A stretch of DNA of 64,000 nucleotides. It comes from Opitutales bacterium. Lineage in GTDB: Bacteria; Verrucomicrobiota; Verrucomicrobiia; Opitutales; UBA2987. The notes under the pieces were generated by a model. The model searched no databases. It was not told the DNA's origin and saw nothing but the letters and a program-made list of their open reading frames with translations. Location: positions 480,001 to 544,000 of the forward strand of contig CBDDEL010000015.1 of assembly GCA_965226885.1 (NCBI GenBank), written 5' to 3'. The position numbers and the translations under genes are program-made. Below are positions 40,318 to 54,572 of the stretch, piece after piece (position 1 is the stretch's first letter; each line of letters begins with the position of its first letter).

Positions 40318-41724
40318 ATGTCGCATACTGCATTGAGAAAAAGAATATACTCGGCCTTGTTCCTTTCAGGAGTCTGCTTTTTGCTGTTCTCCTGCGCAAA
40401 ACCGCCGCCCAAGGTGGAGGAATCCATCCTCGTGGCCAATAAGAATTTATCGGCCGGGAACACGCAGCAAGCCATTCTACTTCTCGAGGACCTGTTGAAA
40501 AGAAATCCGGGCCATCCCGCGGTCCTGGAAAATCTCGCTTTTGCCTACGCACAGAATGAACGGCACGAGATAGCGGCCTTTTATTTTTCAGAAGCGGCCG
40601 GCGCCGGGCCTGGTAAGGATCATTTTCTCCTTTATGCCGCGGAAGCGTTTCGCCAAGGCGGCAAAAAAAAGGATGCTGCGGAGAGTTACGGAAAATATTT
40701 GGAAGCCAATCCCAACTCTCCCGTGGAATGGAAAAAACTGGGCCGACTACAGGAAGAATTGAATGAATTAAGGAAGGCTATGGAGTCCTATTTGCAAAGC
40801 CAAAAATTGAAGCCGATCGGTGCTAACGCCATCAGGCTCGGATGGCTGTTTCGACAAATGAACAATCAGGCGCAGGCCGACAATTGGTTCAAAGCGGCTC
40901 TGGATGCAGCCGATGGGGCCGAAGGCGATGCTCTGCTGGGCCTGTTCGAAGGAGCGCTTCTGGAGGAAAATTTTGGCAAGGCGGAAGATTTGCTCTGGCG
41001 TCTCGATGACTCCCACCCCGGCCTTCTCGACCAATCGCATCTGGTCCGCAGCCGTGGGGAACTGGAAGAATGGCGCCGGCGGCAGGATGAACTGCAAAAG
41101 CAGCTCCTGGAACAGGAACGGATCGCCAGGGAGCTGCGGGAGCGCGCGGCCCGCCGGGAAGCGGAGGCGGCCGCATTGGCCGAAGCCAAAAAAAAGGAGG
41201 AAGAAGCCGCCCGGATATTGGAGGCCGCCCAGAAAAAAGAGCCTCCCCCGGCCACTGCCGATGGTTTTTTGCGGCAAGCCGGAGACAGCGTAGCAGCTGG
41301 TGACAGGGAAAAAGCCATCAAACATTACTGGGCATCCTTGAAACTTGACGACAAACCGGCTGAAGTTTGGCACGGGCTTTCCGATTTATTGCTCAAAGAG
41401 GGGAAACCCGGACTTTCGGAAGCAACCGCTCTGGAAGCCGTCCGCCGCGAACCTCAATCTGTATTATACACAATGCATTACTTGCGGGTAGCCCAGGAAA
41501 CCAAAGACCCCGACCAGTTTATGGAAGAACTTATCTACGCCAAAGACAAAATTCCCGATAGTCCCGACATCACTCTGGCATTGGCCCGTGGCTACAAATC
41601 CATCAGAACCAGCTACCGCGAAGCCGCCATGCTCTATCGCGAATTTCTGGAAAGGGCGCCGAACCACCCGGAAAGGTCCAAGGCCCAAACAGAGCTCGAC
41701 TCCCTGTCGGCCCCGGCCAATTGA
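40318..41724 (+). CDS. TPR-repeat lipoprotein
   Basis: Lipobox LFSC, multiple TPR-like helices, central coiled coil. Confidence 0.82.
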   Translation: MSHTALRKRIYSALFLSGVCFLLFSCAKPPPKVEESILVANKNLSAGNTQQAILLLEDLLKRNPGHPAVLENLAFAYAQNERHEIAAFYFSEAAGAGPGKDHFLLYAAEAFRQGGKKKDAAESYGKYLEANPNSPVEWKKLGRLQEELNELRKAMESYLQSQKLKPIGANAIRLGWLFRQMNNQAQADNWFKAALDAADGAEGDALLGLFEGALLEENFGKAEDLLWRLDDSHPGLLDQSHLVRSRGELEEWRRRQDELQKQLLEQERIARELRERAARREAEAAALAEAKKKEEEAARILEAAQKKEPPPATADGFLRQAGDSVAAGDREKAIKHYWASLKLDDKPAEVWHGLSDLLLKEGKPGLSEATALEAVRREPQSVLYTMHYLRVAQETKDPDQFMEELIYAKDKIPDSPDITLALARGYKSIRTSYREAAMLYREFLERAPNHPERSKAQTELDSLSAPAN

Positions 41725-41775
41725 ATCCCCGCCCATTTCTAAACCTTTTTTATCCAATTCGGAAAGCTCAACGGT

Positions 41776-43665
41776 ATGCCCCTGGTGACACGCAATTGTA
41801 TTGAAGATATTCGGCGGCAGTTGAATATTTACGATGTCGTCTCGCCCGTGGTTTCCCTCAAGCGATCGGGCAAAAACTTCGTCGGCCTGAGCCCCTTCAA
41901 TTCGGAAAAAACTCCCTCTTTTTTTATCCTGCCTGATAAAAATCTTTTCAAATGCTTTTCCAGCGGATTGGCTGGCGACCAGTTTCGATTCATCGAGCTG
42001 ACCGAAAAATTGACCTTTAGCGAAGCGATTGAAGCAATTGCCAATCGCTTCAATTTCAAGCTGGAGTATGAAGGCGGGGCCGCGCCCAGAACCGAATCGC
42101 GCTCATTGAGGAAGGAAATCCTGGAAATCCACGATCTGGCCGCGGAATATTTTCACCAGGCCTTCAAGGCGGACAACGAGGATGCCCACCAAATGCGCCA
42201 ATACTGGACGGTGGAGCGCAAGTTTACCCTGGAATTGGCCGACGATTTCAAGATCGGCTACTCACCCAGAAAACAAACCGGGCTGTTGGAAAATTTGCTG
42301 AAAAAAAACTACAGCCGCGACGCCTTCGACAAATGCGGGTTGTTTTATCTCAATTCCGGTAAGACCGGTAAGATTAATCCGGCCAGGTGCAAGTTCCGGT
42401 TTCGCGGCCGGCTGATGATTCCGATCCGCGATTACCAGGGGCAGGTAATCGCTTTTTCGGCCCGGCAAACAGAAATCACACCGACCGAAGACCCCAGCCA
42501 TAAGGCGAAATACATCAACTCGCCCCAAACCCCCATTTTCACCAAAGGAAATATCGTTTTCGGCCTGGATCGGGCGCGCCGCCATATCAATGAGGTGAAA
42601 AAGTTCATCCTCGTCGAGGGACAACTCGATGCCATGCGGTGCTGGCAGCATGGTTTTAAAACCGTCGTGGCTCCGCAGGGCACTTCCATCACAAACGAAC
42701 AATTGCGCCTCCTCAAACGTTACGCGGATAGACTCGATTGTGTGCTTGATGGGGACGAAGCGGGTCAAAAGGCGGCCCTCCGCCTGCTGCCCTTGACATT
42801 GGCGACTGGTTTGGAAACGCGTTTCCTGAACCTTGCCCCCGGAGAAGATCCCGACACCCTTCTGGCCGAGGGCAAGACCGAAGAGTTTGCCAAAAAAATG
42901 GAATCGGCCCTCTCGGAGATGCAATTCGCAGTTGCCGCCTTGTTGCCCGACGACAACCCCTCGGCCCGGCAAAAAGCGGAGGCGCTGGAAAAGATTTTTG
43001 AAATCGTTGTGCAAACGGAATCCGAAGCGGCGCAGCAATCCTACCTCATGGAAACAGGCAGGCTGTTGCGCCTGGTGGACATGGACGACCGGGCCGTTTA
43101 CCAAAGATTTCTGCAATTCAAATGGCGCAAAAAAAGAAACAGGGCGTCAATTCCACTGGCTGAGGCAAGGCCGGAGGAAAAAGAAAAATACTCAGGGAGG
43201 TTGACAACTTCGGAATATGAGCTACTTTTGATAGCTTTCCACAATCAGGACCTCATCCAATATATTGCAGAAGTTATTGATAGTGAATGGATTGATTCAA
43301 GTCTCATTCACGGCAAACTTCTCGATCGAATTCTTGCAGAATACAAAGAGGACCTCTGGGAGGGGATTGAAAAGATAGATTTACTTTTTGAAACCGAGGA
43401 AGAAAAAAACGCCGCCTATTCATTAATGGCATTGGATCCGGTGGAACTAGGTTTTGAAGATCCAGTTGATATTGCCAACCGTTGTCTTAAATCACTTGCC
43501 GAAAAATATGCCCGTAAACAAAGTCGTAAAATTACCGATCAAATTGCAGCCCTGCCCACCCCATCGGATGAATTTCCTCAACTTCAGGGAAAGCTCGTAG
43601 AATTGCGCCGCCTTAAAAATAATCTTCCACTCATATCGATTTCAACCACCAGCAGCCCTGGTTAA
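41776..43665 (+). CDS. dnaG: DNA primase
   Basis: [43 protein letters not shown]. Confidence 0.96.
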   Translation: MPLVTRNCIEDIRRQLNIYDVVSPVVSLKRSGKNFVGLSPFNSEKTPSFFILPDKNLFKCFSSGLAGDQFRFIELTEKLTFSEAIEAIANRFNFKLEYEGGAAPRTESRSLRKEILEIHDLAAEYFHQAFKADNEDAHQMRQYWTVERKFTLELADDFKIGYSPRKQTGLLENLLKKNYSRDAFDKCGLFYLNSGKTGKINPARCKFRFRGRLMIPIRDYQGQVIAFSARQTEITPTEDPSHKAKYINSPQTPIFTKGNIVFGLDRARRHINEVKKFILVEGQLDAMRCWQHGFKTVVAPQGTSITNEQLRLLKRYADRLDCVLDGDEAGQKAALRLLPLTLATGLETRFLNLAPGEDPDTLLAEGKTEEFAKKMESALSEMQFAVAALLPDDNPSARQKAEALEKIFEIVVQTESEAAQQSYLMETGRLLRLVDMDDRAVYQRFLQFKWRKKRNRASIPLAEARPEEKEKYSGRLTTSEYELLLIAFHNQDLIQYIAEVIDSEWIDSSLIHGKLLDRILAEYKEDLWEGIEKIDLLFETEEEKNAAYSLMALDPVELGFEDPVDIANRCLKSLAEKYARKQSRKITDQIAALPTPSDEFPQLQGKLVELRRLKNNLPLISISTTSSPG

Positions 43666-43679
43666 TCATTTATTCAATT

Positions 43680-45458
43680 ATGCCCACGACCAAAACGAAG
43701 AAAAAAACCGAAACGGCCCCCGTTAAGAAAGCGCCTTCGAAAAAGCTCGAAACCAATAATAAAAAGCCACGGCCGCAAAAAGAAAAAAAGTCCCAGCCCA
43801 AGACAGAGCTTATCAACGAAAAGATACGGGGGCTCATCCGTCTCTCCAAAGAGCAGGGTTACCTGACTTTCAAGGATATCAACAAATCCCTCCCGGACAC
43901 TGTCAACAGACCGGAGGAAATTGAGAATGTCATTTCCATTCTCGAAAACCTGGAAGTCAATATCATCGATTCGGAAGATGTCGAAAGGTATAAAGAGCGC
44001 CTCCAGAAATATACCGAGGAGGAGTTGCGAAGCTCTCAACTCGACATTCTGGACGATCCCGTGCGCATGTACCTCAAGCAAATGGGGCAAGTGCCGCTGC
44101 TCACACGGGAGCAGGAAGTGGCCATCTCCAAGCGAATTGAAAATGCCGAGCAAAGAGCGCAAAACGAGCTCTACTCGGTCGGGTTCACGGCCTCTTACCA
44201 GGTCGAACTGGCGCGCAAGCTCTACAACCGAGAAGAGCGATTTGATCGGCTGGTCCTGGACAAGAAAATCGACAGTCGGGAAAAATATTTCCAAAGCCTC
44301 CCCAAGCACATGGAGGCGATCGAGGAACTGCAAAAGCGCATGGACAAGGCCTGGATCAGTTCCCTCAATGCCACCTCGGTACCCAATGCCAAGCGCGCTC
44401 GCACCCGATTTAAAAAATACCAGGCGCAGCTCAAGCCGATATTCCGTAAATTCTGTTTCAAATTGAAAGTATTTGAAGAATACCTCAATTCCCTTCATCC
44501 GGCGCGCCGGAAGATCGAGATTCATTACGAGAACATCGATCTGGCAGAAAAGGCCCGCACCCGCAAACACAAGGCCATCAACACCGAAGATATCCACCGC
44601 AAGCTAAAGCAAATCGAAAATGAGCTGCACCTGGATCCGGCCGAATTTCTACGCATTATCCAAGCCGTGCGCAGAGGCATGCGCAAAGCCCATAAAGCCA
44701 AAACGGAAATGGTCGAGGCCAACCTGCGCCTGGTCATCAGCATCGCAAAAAAGTACACCAATCGCGGACTCTCATTTCTCGACCTTATCCAGGAAGGCAA
44801 TATGGGTCTGATGAAAGCGGTGGAAAAATTCGAATACCGCCGGGGTTATAAATTTTCCACCTATGCCACCTGGTGGATTCGGCAGGCCATCACCCGTTCC
44901 ATTGCCGATCAAGCCCGCACTATCCGCATCCCCGTGCACATGATCGAAACCCTCAACAAAGTCATGCAGGTGCAAAAACAACTCTTGCAGGAATTGGGGC
45001 ACGAACCCACGGCTGAGGAAGTGGCCGATGAGATGCAACTACCCGTGGAGCGCGTTAAGGCCATTATGAAAATGGCTCAGCAACCCATCTCATTGCAAAG
45101 TCCCGTAGGCGATAGCGACGACACCAATTTTGGCGATTTTATAGAGGACAAAGGTGCGGAAAACCCCTACGACATGACGGCCTACAGCCTGCTCCGGGAA
45201 AAAATCATGGACGTCCTCGACAGCTTGACCGAGCGAGAGAGACGCGTCCTCTCCCTGCGATTTGGCTTGGTCGATGGATACAGCCGCACCCTTGAGGAAG
45301 TGGGCCGCCAGTTTAACGTAACCCGTGAACGCATCCGCCAGATTGAGGCCAAAGCCCTTCGCAAAATGCGCCACCCCACCCGAATCCGGCAGTTGCACGG
45401 CTTCTTCGAGCCCTACCAGGCCAACCGCCGATTGGAAACTGCCCAGCGCCGCAACTAG
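43680..45458 (+). CDS. rpoD: RNA polymerase primary sigma factor
   Basis: [43 protein letters not shown]...TRERIRQIE. Confidence 0.97.
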   Translation: MPTTKTKKKTETAPVKKAPSKKLETNNKKPRPQKEKKSQPKTELINEKIRGLIRLSKEQGYLTFKDINKSLPDTVNRPEEIENVISILENLEVNIIDSEDVERYKERLQKYTEEELRSSQLDILDDPVRMYLKQMGQVPLLTREQEVAISKRIENAEQRAQNELYSVGFTASYQVELARKLYNREERFDRLVLDKKIDSREKYFQSLPKHMEAIEELQKRMDKAWISSLNATSVPNAKRARTRFKKYQAQLKPIFRKFCFKLKVFEEYLNSLHPARRKIEIHYENIDLAEKARTRKHKAINTEDIHRKLKQIENELHLDPAEFLRIIQAVRRGMRKAHKAKTEMVEANLRLVISIAKKYTNRGLSFLDLIQEGNMGLMKAVEKFEYRRGYKFSTYATWWIRQAITRSIADQARTIRIPVHMIETLNKVMQVQKQLLQELGHEPTAEEVADEMQLPVERVKAIMKMAQQPISLQSPVGDSDDTNFGDFIEDKGAENPYDMTAYSLLREKIMDVLDSLTERERRVLSLRFGLVDGYSRTLEEVGRQFNVTRERIRQIEAKALRKMRHPTRIRQLHGFFEPYQANRRLETAQRRN

Positions 45459-45551
45459 CGCCAGCCAACGTCAGAATTGCTGGTTGACAAATCTCAGCCG
45501 TAAGTGGACAATTACTGAAGAACGACTAAACCCTATCTACCCACATAAAAA

Positions 45552-45896
45552 ATGCAGCTCAGTCAGGCAGCGGCTTCACCCATCGGTTTTTTACAAGGGA
45601 TCGGAACAACCGAGCTCCTCATCATTTTTTTTGTAGTCCTCCTTTTATTTGGGGCCAAGAAACTCCCCGAGCTGGCCCGAGGCATGGGAAAATCGATCAA
45701 AGAGTTCAAAAAAGCCACCAACGAAATCGAAGAAGATATCCGCACCGCTATCGATTCTCCGGAACCCCCTGCCAAACCGCAAGCCCAAGTAGATATACCC
45801 AATAAAGTTTCCCCGGCACAGGAGCCAGCCCCCCTAGCAGCAGAATCCACGGATGCCGAACAAGCCACTCCCCAGGTAGAAGGAAATAAATCCTGA
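45552..45896 (+). CDS. tatA: Twin-arginine translocase TatA/TatE
   Basis: IGTTELLII...[24 protein letters not shown]. Confidence 0.92.
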   Translation: MQLSQAAASPIGFLQGIGTTELLIIFFVVLLLFGAKKLPELARGMGKSIKEFKKATNEIEEDIRTAIDSPEPPAKPQAQVDIPNKVSPAQEPAPLAAESTDAEQATPQVEGNKS

Positions 45897-45963
45897 TAGA
45901 AATCCGCCAGCGCCGAGCGCGGGCCAGTCTATCTTTTGGGGTCAAGTGAGGGCGCTGAATTAA

Positions 45964-45982
45964 CCCAGATTTATCATCTGGG
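45964..45982. terminator. Hairpin between convergent genes, possible terminator
   Basis: CCCAGAT-TTATC-ATCTGGG, a 7-bp perfect stem. Confidence 0.35.
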
Positions 45983-45993
45983 AAACAGTAGCT

Positions 45994-46137
45994 TCAAATG
46001 AGAATCAACCCGACGGTTATGACGGCTCCGAGGAGGAGGGCGGCGAGGATTTCCTTGCGAACGTCCATGCCCATTGAGGCTTCGAGATTTGGATGTAATT
46101 CGCGCCTGGTCCCGGCAGTTATTTCTTTCGCCTTCAT
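45994..46137 (-). CDS. Candidate 47-aa single-pass membrane protein
   Basis: MKAKEITAGTRRELHPNLEASMGMDVRKEILAALLLGAVITVGLILI; AAGG just upstream; co-directional with usp. Confidence 0.45.
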   Translation of the reverse strand: MKAKEITAGTRRELHPNLEASMGMDVRKEILAALLLGAVITVGLILI

Positions 46138-46221
46138 GTAACCTTAAAAGTCGGTCGGGAAAGAACTTTCCTTTAGCCCAAACGGCAATAATTTGGCTTT
46201 GGATGAGGTTTCGCACACCCC

Positions 46222-46683
46222 TCAGGGATGGACGAACTCGTGTTCGGGGTGGCGGATGGTGAGCACCGGACAGGGCGCTTTGCGGACTACTTTTTCGGCC
46301 GTACTGCCGAGAAACATGTGTTTGACGGCCCCGTGCCCGTGCGTTGCCATGATAATCAAATCGACAACTTCTCGCCGGGCAACTCCTATGATCTCTGGAA
46401 AAGGCTCTCCCACCCGCAACTCGGAACTCACTTTTACGCCCTCGGCGGCTACCCGTTCCTCAATTTTATGCAGATGTTTATTGGCGGCTTTCTGAATCTG
46501 CAAGTCAAGGTCCCCGGAATCCACCCCAATGGAATAAGCAACCGGAAATATGGTGCCGCTGGTGACATGGATTAGGAGCACTTCGGCATCGAATTTTTTG
46601 GCCAGTTCGATAACGTAGGATTGAGCATGGGCAGCAAAATCCGAGAAATCGGTCGGATAGAGAATTTTTTTCAGTTCAATCAT
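46222..46683 (-). CDS. Universal stress protein
   Basis: KILYPTDFS, IIMATHG, LGSTAEKVVRKAPCPVLT. Confidence 0.95.
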   Translation of the reverse strand: MIELKKILYPTDFSDFAAHAQSYVIELAKKFDAEVLLIHVTSGTIFPVAYSIGVDSGDLDLQIQKAANKHLHKIEERVAAEGVKVSSELRVGEPFPEIIGVARREVVDLIIMATHGHGAVKHMFLGSTAEKVVRKAPCPVLTIRHPEHEFVHP

Positions 46684-46777
46684 AATACCACCTCCATTTT
46701 CATTCTAATTGGAACCTCCCTCATCGCAGGCATTCCCTTATTGAACATTAATCAGGTTAGATTATAGTGTCAAATGA

Positions 46778-49245
<2,468 letters not shown>

Positions 49246-49725
49246 GCCGAAGGCGGTATTTCAATAACCCTGCCGCTGTAAAGCGGTTTGCAGCTGGGTT
49301 TGGAATTCCATAAAATCTTCGCTATCCGGCTTGTAACCTTGGCGGGCGGGGACGAGCCCAAGACGGCCCATGGTGTCGATCTGCCAATCAGCTTTTTCTC
49401 CATCGCTGAAGCAGACCGTTCCGCTGACCATCGTGCCCGGCTTGACCAGTTTGTCCACCTCGATCCTTACTCCCCCTTCGTCCGCGACCAATCCAACGGA
49501 GTTGGAGTTCCCAGCGGGCTTTTTACTTTCCTCACGGTCTTTGAGGGATAGATCGAGATCATCGACGAGGAAACGCACATCCATATAGGTGAGGCTGAGC
49601 TTCCATTGGTCTGACATTTTTTTCTGGATTTCCGCTAGCCCGGAAATTTCATAAAAAAAGTATCGCTGATATGCTTATCTGCTGATATACAGCAGGATAG
49701 ATTAAACATTAAAGCAATATCAGCG

Positions 49726-51036
49726 ATGACAAAAAGTAAACAATTAGAACTACAGTTGACAAGGGTAAAAGGCCGCCGTGTGCGGGTTGATTTTAAGGGC
49801 GGTGAGGTTACTTCGGATGCCGGGCTGCTTTTGATCCGGGAAGTGGATCGGCGGTTGGGCTTGACCGAGCAAGCGGCCCGGCAATTAGTAGACAAACGGC
49901 AGAAGGGCAAAGTGCGCCATGAGATGCTGGCCATGATCCGGCAGCGCGTTTACGGGCTGGTGGCGGGCTATGAGGATTTGAACGACTTTGACACCCTGCG
50001 CCGCGATCCTTTGTTGCAAACGGTAACGGGGCGCACTGAAGCGTTGGCCAGCGCGCCGACTTTGTGTCGTTTTGAAAACGGGCAGGATCGGCGGGCAGCC
50101 TTTGCCCTGAACGAGTTGTTGGTCGAACAGTTCATGGGCTCCTTTGCCGAGGAACCCGAAGAGATCATCCTGGACTTTGACGCCACCGACAATCCGGTGC
50201 ACGGGCTCCAGGAGGGACGTTTTTTCCACGGTTATTATGATCATTACTGTTTTCTGCCGCTGTATGTTTTTTGCGGCGATCAGCTTCTGGTGGCCTACCT
50301 GCGGCCCAGCAAGATCGATGCGAGCAAGCATGCCGGGGCCATCCTCAAATTGCTGGTTAAACGGATTCGCCAAAGCTGGCCCCATACGCGGATTATTTGG
50401 CGTGCCGACAGCGGATTCTGCCGGGATCGGATTCTCTCGTGGTGCGAGCGCAACGAGGTTTATTTTATAGTGGGAACGGCCCGCCATGCACGCTTGCAGC
50501 AAGCGGCCCGGCAGTTGCAGGAGCAAGCCAAACAATGGTTCGAGGGTAGCGGCAGAAAGCAACGGCTGTTTCAGCACTTCGAGTATGGGGCAAAATCGTG
50601 GCGGCGCCAACGCCTTATCATCCACAAAGCCGAACACACCGCACAGGGGTCCAACCCGCGCTTCGTGGTGACGAACCTGCAGGGCGATCCCCAAGAGCTT
50701 TACGACAAAGTATACTGTGGCCGCGGTGAGATGGAGAACCGGATCAAGGAACAGATGCAATTGTTCAGCGAACGCACCAGCGCGCATAAATGGTGGGCCA
50801 ACCAGTGGCGATTGCTCTTGTCGGGGCTGGCCTACACCTTGATGGAAGCCTTGCGCCGGTTCGCATTAAAAGGGACGAAGTGGGCGCGGCTCCAATGCCA
50901 CAGTCTACGGCTAAAATTAATCAAGATCGGAGCGGTAATCGTGCGCAACACCCGAACGATTCACTTTCATCTAAGTGAAAGTTATCCATGGGCCAGTCTT
51001 TTCAACCATGCGGCCCGCCGGTTGGTGCCAACCTAA
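49726..51036 (+). CDS. IS1380 transposase, copy A
   Basis: SDAGLLL, LDFDATD, HGLQE, RADSGF, RGEMENRIKE. Confidence 0.95.
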   Translation: MTKSKQLELQLTRVKGRRVRVDFKGGEVTSDAGLLLIREVDRRLGLTEQAARQLVDKRQKGKVRHEMLAMIRQRVYGLVAGYEDLNDFDTLRRDPLLQTVTGRTEALASAPTLCRFENGQDRRAAFALNELLVEQFMGSFAEEPEEIILDFDATDNPVHGLQEGRFFHGYYDHYCFLPLYVFCGDQLLVAYLRPSKIDASKHAGAILKLLVKRIRQSWPHTRIIWRADSGFCRDRILSWCERNEVYFIVGTARHARLQQAARQLQEQAKQWFEGSGRKQRLFQHFEYGAKSWRRQRLIIHKAEHTAQGSNPRFVVTNLQGDPQELYDKVYCGRGEMENRIKEQMQLFSERTSAHKWWANQWRLLLSGLAYTLMEALRRFALKGTKWARLQCHSLRLKLIKIGAVIVRNTRTIHFHLSESYPWASLFNHAARRLVPT

Positions 51037-52603
51037 CCCGGATATTTCGTAAAAAAAGTATCGTTGATATGCTTAACTGCTGATATACAGCAGGATAGAT
51101 CAATAATTAAAGCAATATCAGCGATGACAAAAGGTAAACAATTAAAGCTACAGTTGACAAGGGTAAAAGGCCGCCGTGTGCGGGTTGATTTCAAGGGCGG
51201 AGAGGTTACTTCGGATGCCGGACTGCTTTTGATCCGGGAAGTGGATCGGCAGTTGGGCTTGACCGAACGAGCGGCCCGACAGTTAGTGGACAAACGGCAG
51301 AAGGGCAAAGTACGCCATGAGGTATTGGGGATGCTGCGGCAGCGCGTTTACGGGCTGGTGGCGGGCTATGAGGATTTGAACGACTTTGATACCCTGCGCC
51401 ACGATCCATTGTTGCAAACGGTAACGGGGCGCATTGAAACGTTGGCCAGCGCGCCGACTTTGTGTCGTTTTGAAAACGGGCAGGATCGGCGGGCGGCCTT
51501 TGCGGTAAACGAGCTGTTGGTCGAACAGTTCATGGGCTCCTTTGCCGAGGAACCCGAAGAGATCATCCTGGACTTTGACGCCACCGACACTCCGGTGCAC
51601 GGGCTCCAGGAGGGACGTTTTTTCCACGGTTATTATGATCATTACTGTTTTCTGCCGCTATATGTTTTTTGCGGTGATCAGCTGCTGGTGGCCTACCTGC
51701 GGCCGAGCAAGATCGATGCCAGCAAGCATGCCGGGGCCATCCTCAAATTGCTGGTTAAACGGATTCGCCAAAGCTGGCCCCGTACGCGGATTATTTGGCG
51801 CGCCGACAGTGGATTTTGTCGAGACCGGATACTCTCTTGGTGCGACCGCAACGAAGTTAGTTACATCGTGGGGATGGCTCGCAATGCACGCTTGCAGCAA
51901 GACGCCCAGCAGTTGCAAAAGCAGGCCAAAGAATGGTTCGAACTAAGGGGTAAAAAACAACGGTTATTCCAGGACTTCGTCTATGCTGCCGATTCGTGGC
52001 GATGGCTGCGGTTGGTCATCCATAAAGCCGAACACACCGCACAGGGGTCCAACCCGCGCTTCGTGGTGACGAACCTGCCGGGCGATCCCCAGGAGCTTTA
52101 CGACAAGGTATACTGTGGCCGCGGTGAAATGGAGAACCGAATCAAGGAACAGATGCAATTGTTCAGCGAGCGCACCAGCGCCCATCAATGGTGGGCCAAT
52201 CAGTGGCGATTGCTCTTGTCGGCGCTGGCCTACACCTTGATGGAAGCCATGCGCCGGTTAGCCTTAAAAGGGACGAAGTGGCCGCGGGCCCAATGCCACA
52301 CCCTGCGGCTCAAATTAATCAAGATCGGAGCGGTCATCGTGCGCAACACCCGAACGATTCACTTTCACCTAAGTGAGAGTTATCCTTGGGCCAGTCTTTT
52401 CAACCATGCGGCCCGCCGATTGGTGCCAACCTAAAGGGTGCATTGGTGCTGCCCCCGGCACTACCGAACCAATGGGGGAAAGGGGGCAGTGTCTCTACAC
52501 CCTGAAAAACACCTAAAAATCAAGACGATCTGCTCAAAATACAAAGAAATCCATCTCCAATAGCAATAACGAGCCAAACTTTACCCTTCATGAAATATCC
52601 GGG
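51037..52603 (+). mobile_element. IS1380 copy B (1567 bp; transposase 51124-52434)
   Basis: Ends CCCGGATATTTC / GAAATATCCGGG; flanked by CTAA at 51033-51036 and 52604-52607. Confidence 0.93.
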
Positions 52604-52607
52604 CTAA

Positions 52608-54174
52608 CCCGGATATTTCGTAAAAAAAGTATCGTTGATATGCTTAACTGCTGATATACAGCAGGATAGATCAATAATTAAAGCAATATCAGCGATGACA
52701 AAAGGTAAACAATTAAAGCTACAGTTGACAAGGGTAAAAGGCCGCCGTGTGCGGGTTGATTTCAAGGGCGGAGAGGTTACTTCGGATGCCGGACTGCTTT
52801 TGATCCGGGAAGTGGATCGGCAGTTGGGCTTGACCGAACGAGCGGCCCGACAGTTAGTGGACAAACGGCAGAAGGGCAAAGTACGCCATGAGGTATTGGG
52901 GATGCTGCGGCAGCGCGTTTACGGGCTGGTGGCGGGCTATGAGGATTTGAACGACTTTGATACCCTGCGCCACGATCCATTGTTGCAAACGGTAACGGGG
53001 CGCATTGAAACGTTGGCCAGCGCGCCGACTTTGTGTCGTTTTGAAAACGGGCAGGATCGGCGGGCGGCCTTTGCGGTAAACGAGCTGTTGGTCGAACAGT
53101 TCATGGGCTCCTTTGCCGAGGAACCCGAAGAGATCATCCTGGACTTTGACGCCACCGACAATCCGGTGCACGGGCTCCAGGAGGGACGTTTTTTCCACGG
53201 TTATTATGATCATTACTGTTTTCTGCCGCTATATGTTTTTTGCGGTGATCAGCTGCTGGTGGCCTACCTGCGGCCGAGCAAGATCGATGCCAGCAAGCAT
53301 GCTGGGGCCATCCTCAAATTGCTGGTTAAACGGATTCGCCAAAGCTGGCCCCGTACGCGGATTATTTGGCGCGCCGACAGTGGATTTTGTCGAGACCGGA
53401 TACTCTCTTGGTGCGACCGCAACGAAGTTAGTTACATCGTGGGGATGGCTCGCAATGCACGCTTGCAGCAAGACGCCCAGCAGTTGCAAAAGCAGGCCAA
53501 AGAATGGTTCGAACTAAGGGGTAAAAAACAACGGTTATTCCAGGACTTCGTCTATGCTGCCGATTCGTGGCGATGGCTGCGGTTGGTCATCCATAAAGCC
53601 GAACACACCGCACAGGGGTCCAACCCGCGCTTCGTGGTGACGAACCTGCCGGGCGATCCCCAGGAGCTTTACGACAAGGTATACTGTGGCCGCGGTGAAA
53701 TGGAGAACCGAATCAAGGAACAGATGCAATTGTTCAGCGAGCGCACCAGCGCCCATCAATGGTGGGCCAATCAGTGGCGATTGCTCTTGTCGGCGCTGGC
53801 CTACACCTTGATGGAAGCCATGCGCCGGTTAGCCTTAAAAGGGACGAAGTGGGCGCGGGCCCAATGCCACACCCTGCGGCTCAAATTAATCAAGATCGGA
53901 GCGGTCATCGTGCGCAACACCCGAACGATTCACTTTCACCTAAGTGAGAGTTATCCTTGGGCCAGTCTTTTCAACCATGCGGCCCGCCGATTGGTGCCAA
54001 CCTAAAGGGTGCATTGGTGCTGCCCCCGGCACTACCGAACCAATGGGGGAAAGGGGGCAGTGTCTCTACACCCTGAAAAACACCTAAAAATCAAGACGAT
54101 CTGCTCAAAATACAAAGAAATCCATCTCCAATAGCAATAACGAGCCAAACTTTACCCTTCATGAAATATCCGGG
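52608..54174 (+). mobile_element. IS1380 copy C (1567 bp; transposase 52695-54005)
   Basis: Near-identical to B; flanked by CTAA at 52604-52607 and 54175-54178. Confidence 0.93.
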
Positions 54175-54572
54175 CTAAAGGGCGCATTGGCGCTGCCCCC
54201 GGCGCTACCGAACCAATGGGGGAAAGGGGGAAGTGTCTCTACACCCTGAAAAACACCTCAAAATCAAGACGATCCGCCCAAAATACAAAGAAATCCATCT
54301 CCAATAGCAATAACGAGCACGAGCCAAACTTTACCCTTCATGAAATATCCGGGCTAGCGACATTCCCTGCGCAACCCATTGAGCCAGGCTATCTTTCTGT
54401 TCCGCCGATAATTCCATGATTTATCTTCTGCTATTGTTGCGATCTGGATGCAGATTTTATATGCTAGGACTCGACACACTCAAAACTGTATCCTGAAACC
54501 TGTTTTTCCACCTCCTGAAAATATTGACTCATCATTCACCATGAAAAAGCAGAAGGGTCGGCCTTCCATCAA

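Larger units (their letters stand above)
49639..54353 (+). mobile_element. IS1380-family copy A (outer), carrying copies B and C
   Basis: Ends CCCGGAAATTTCAT / ATGAAATATCCGGG; CTAG duplicated at 49635-49638 and 54354-54357; its 3' UTR resumes at 54179. Confidence 0.92.
49261..54417 (-). pseudogene. Hypothetical protein split by the IS1380 stack (5' part 54354-54417, 3' part 49261-49638)
   Basis: Removing 49639-54357 gives the continuous ORF MELSAEQKDSLAQWVAQGMSLAEIQKKMSDQWKLSLTYMDVRFLVDDLDL...QLQTALQRQGY. Confidence 0.85.
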
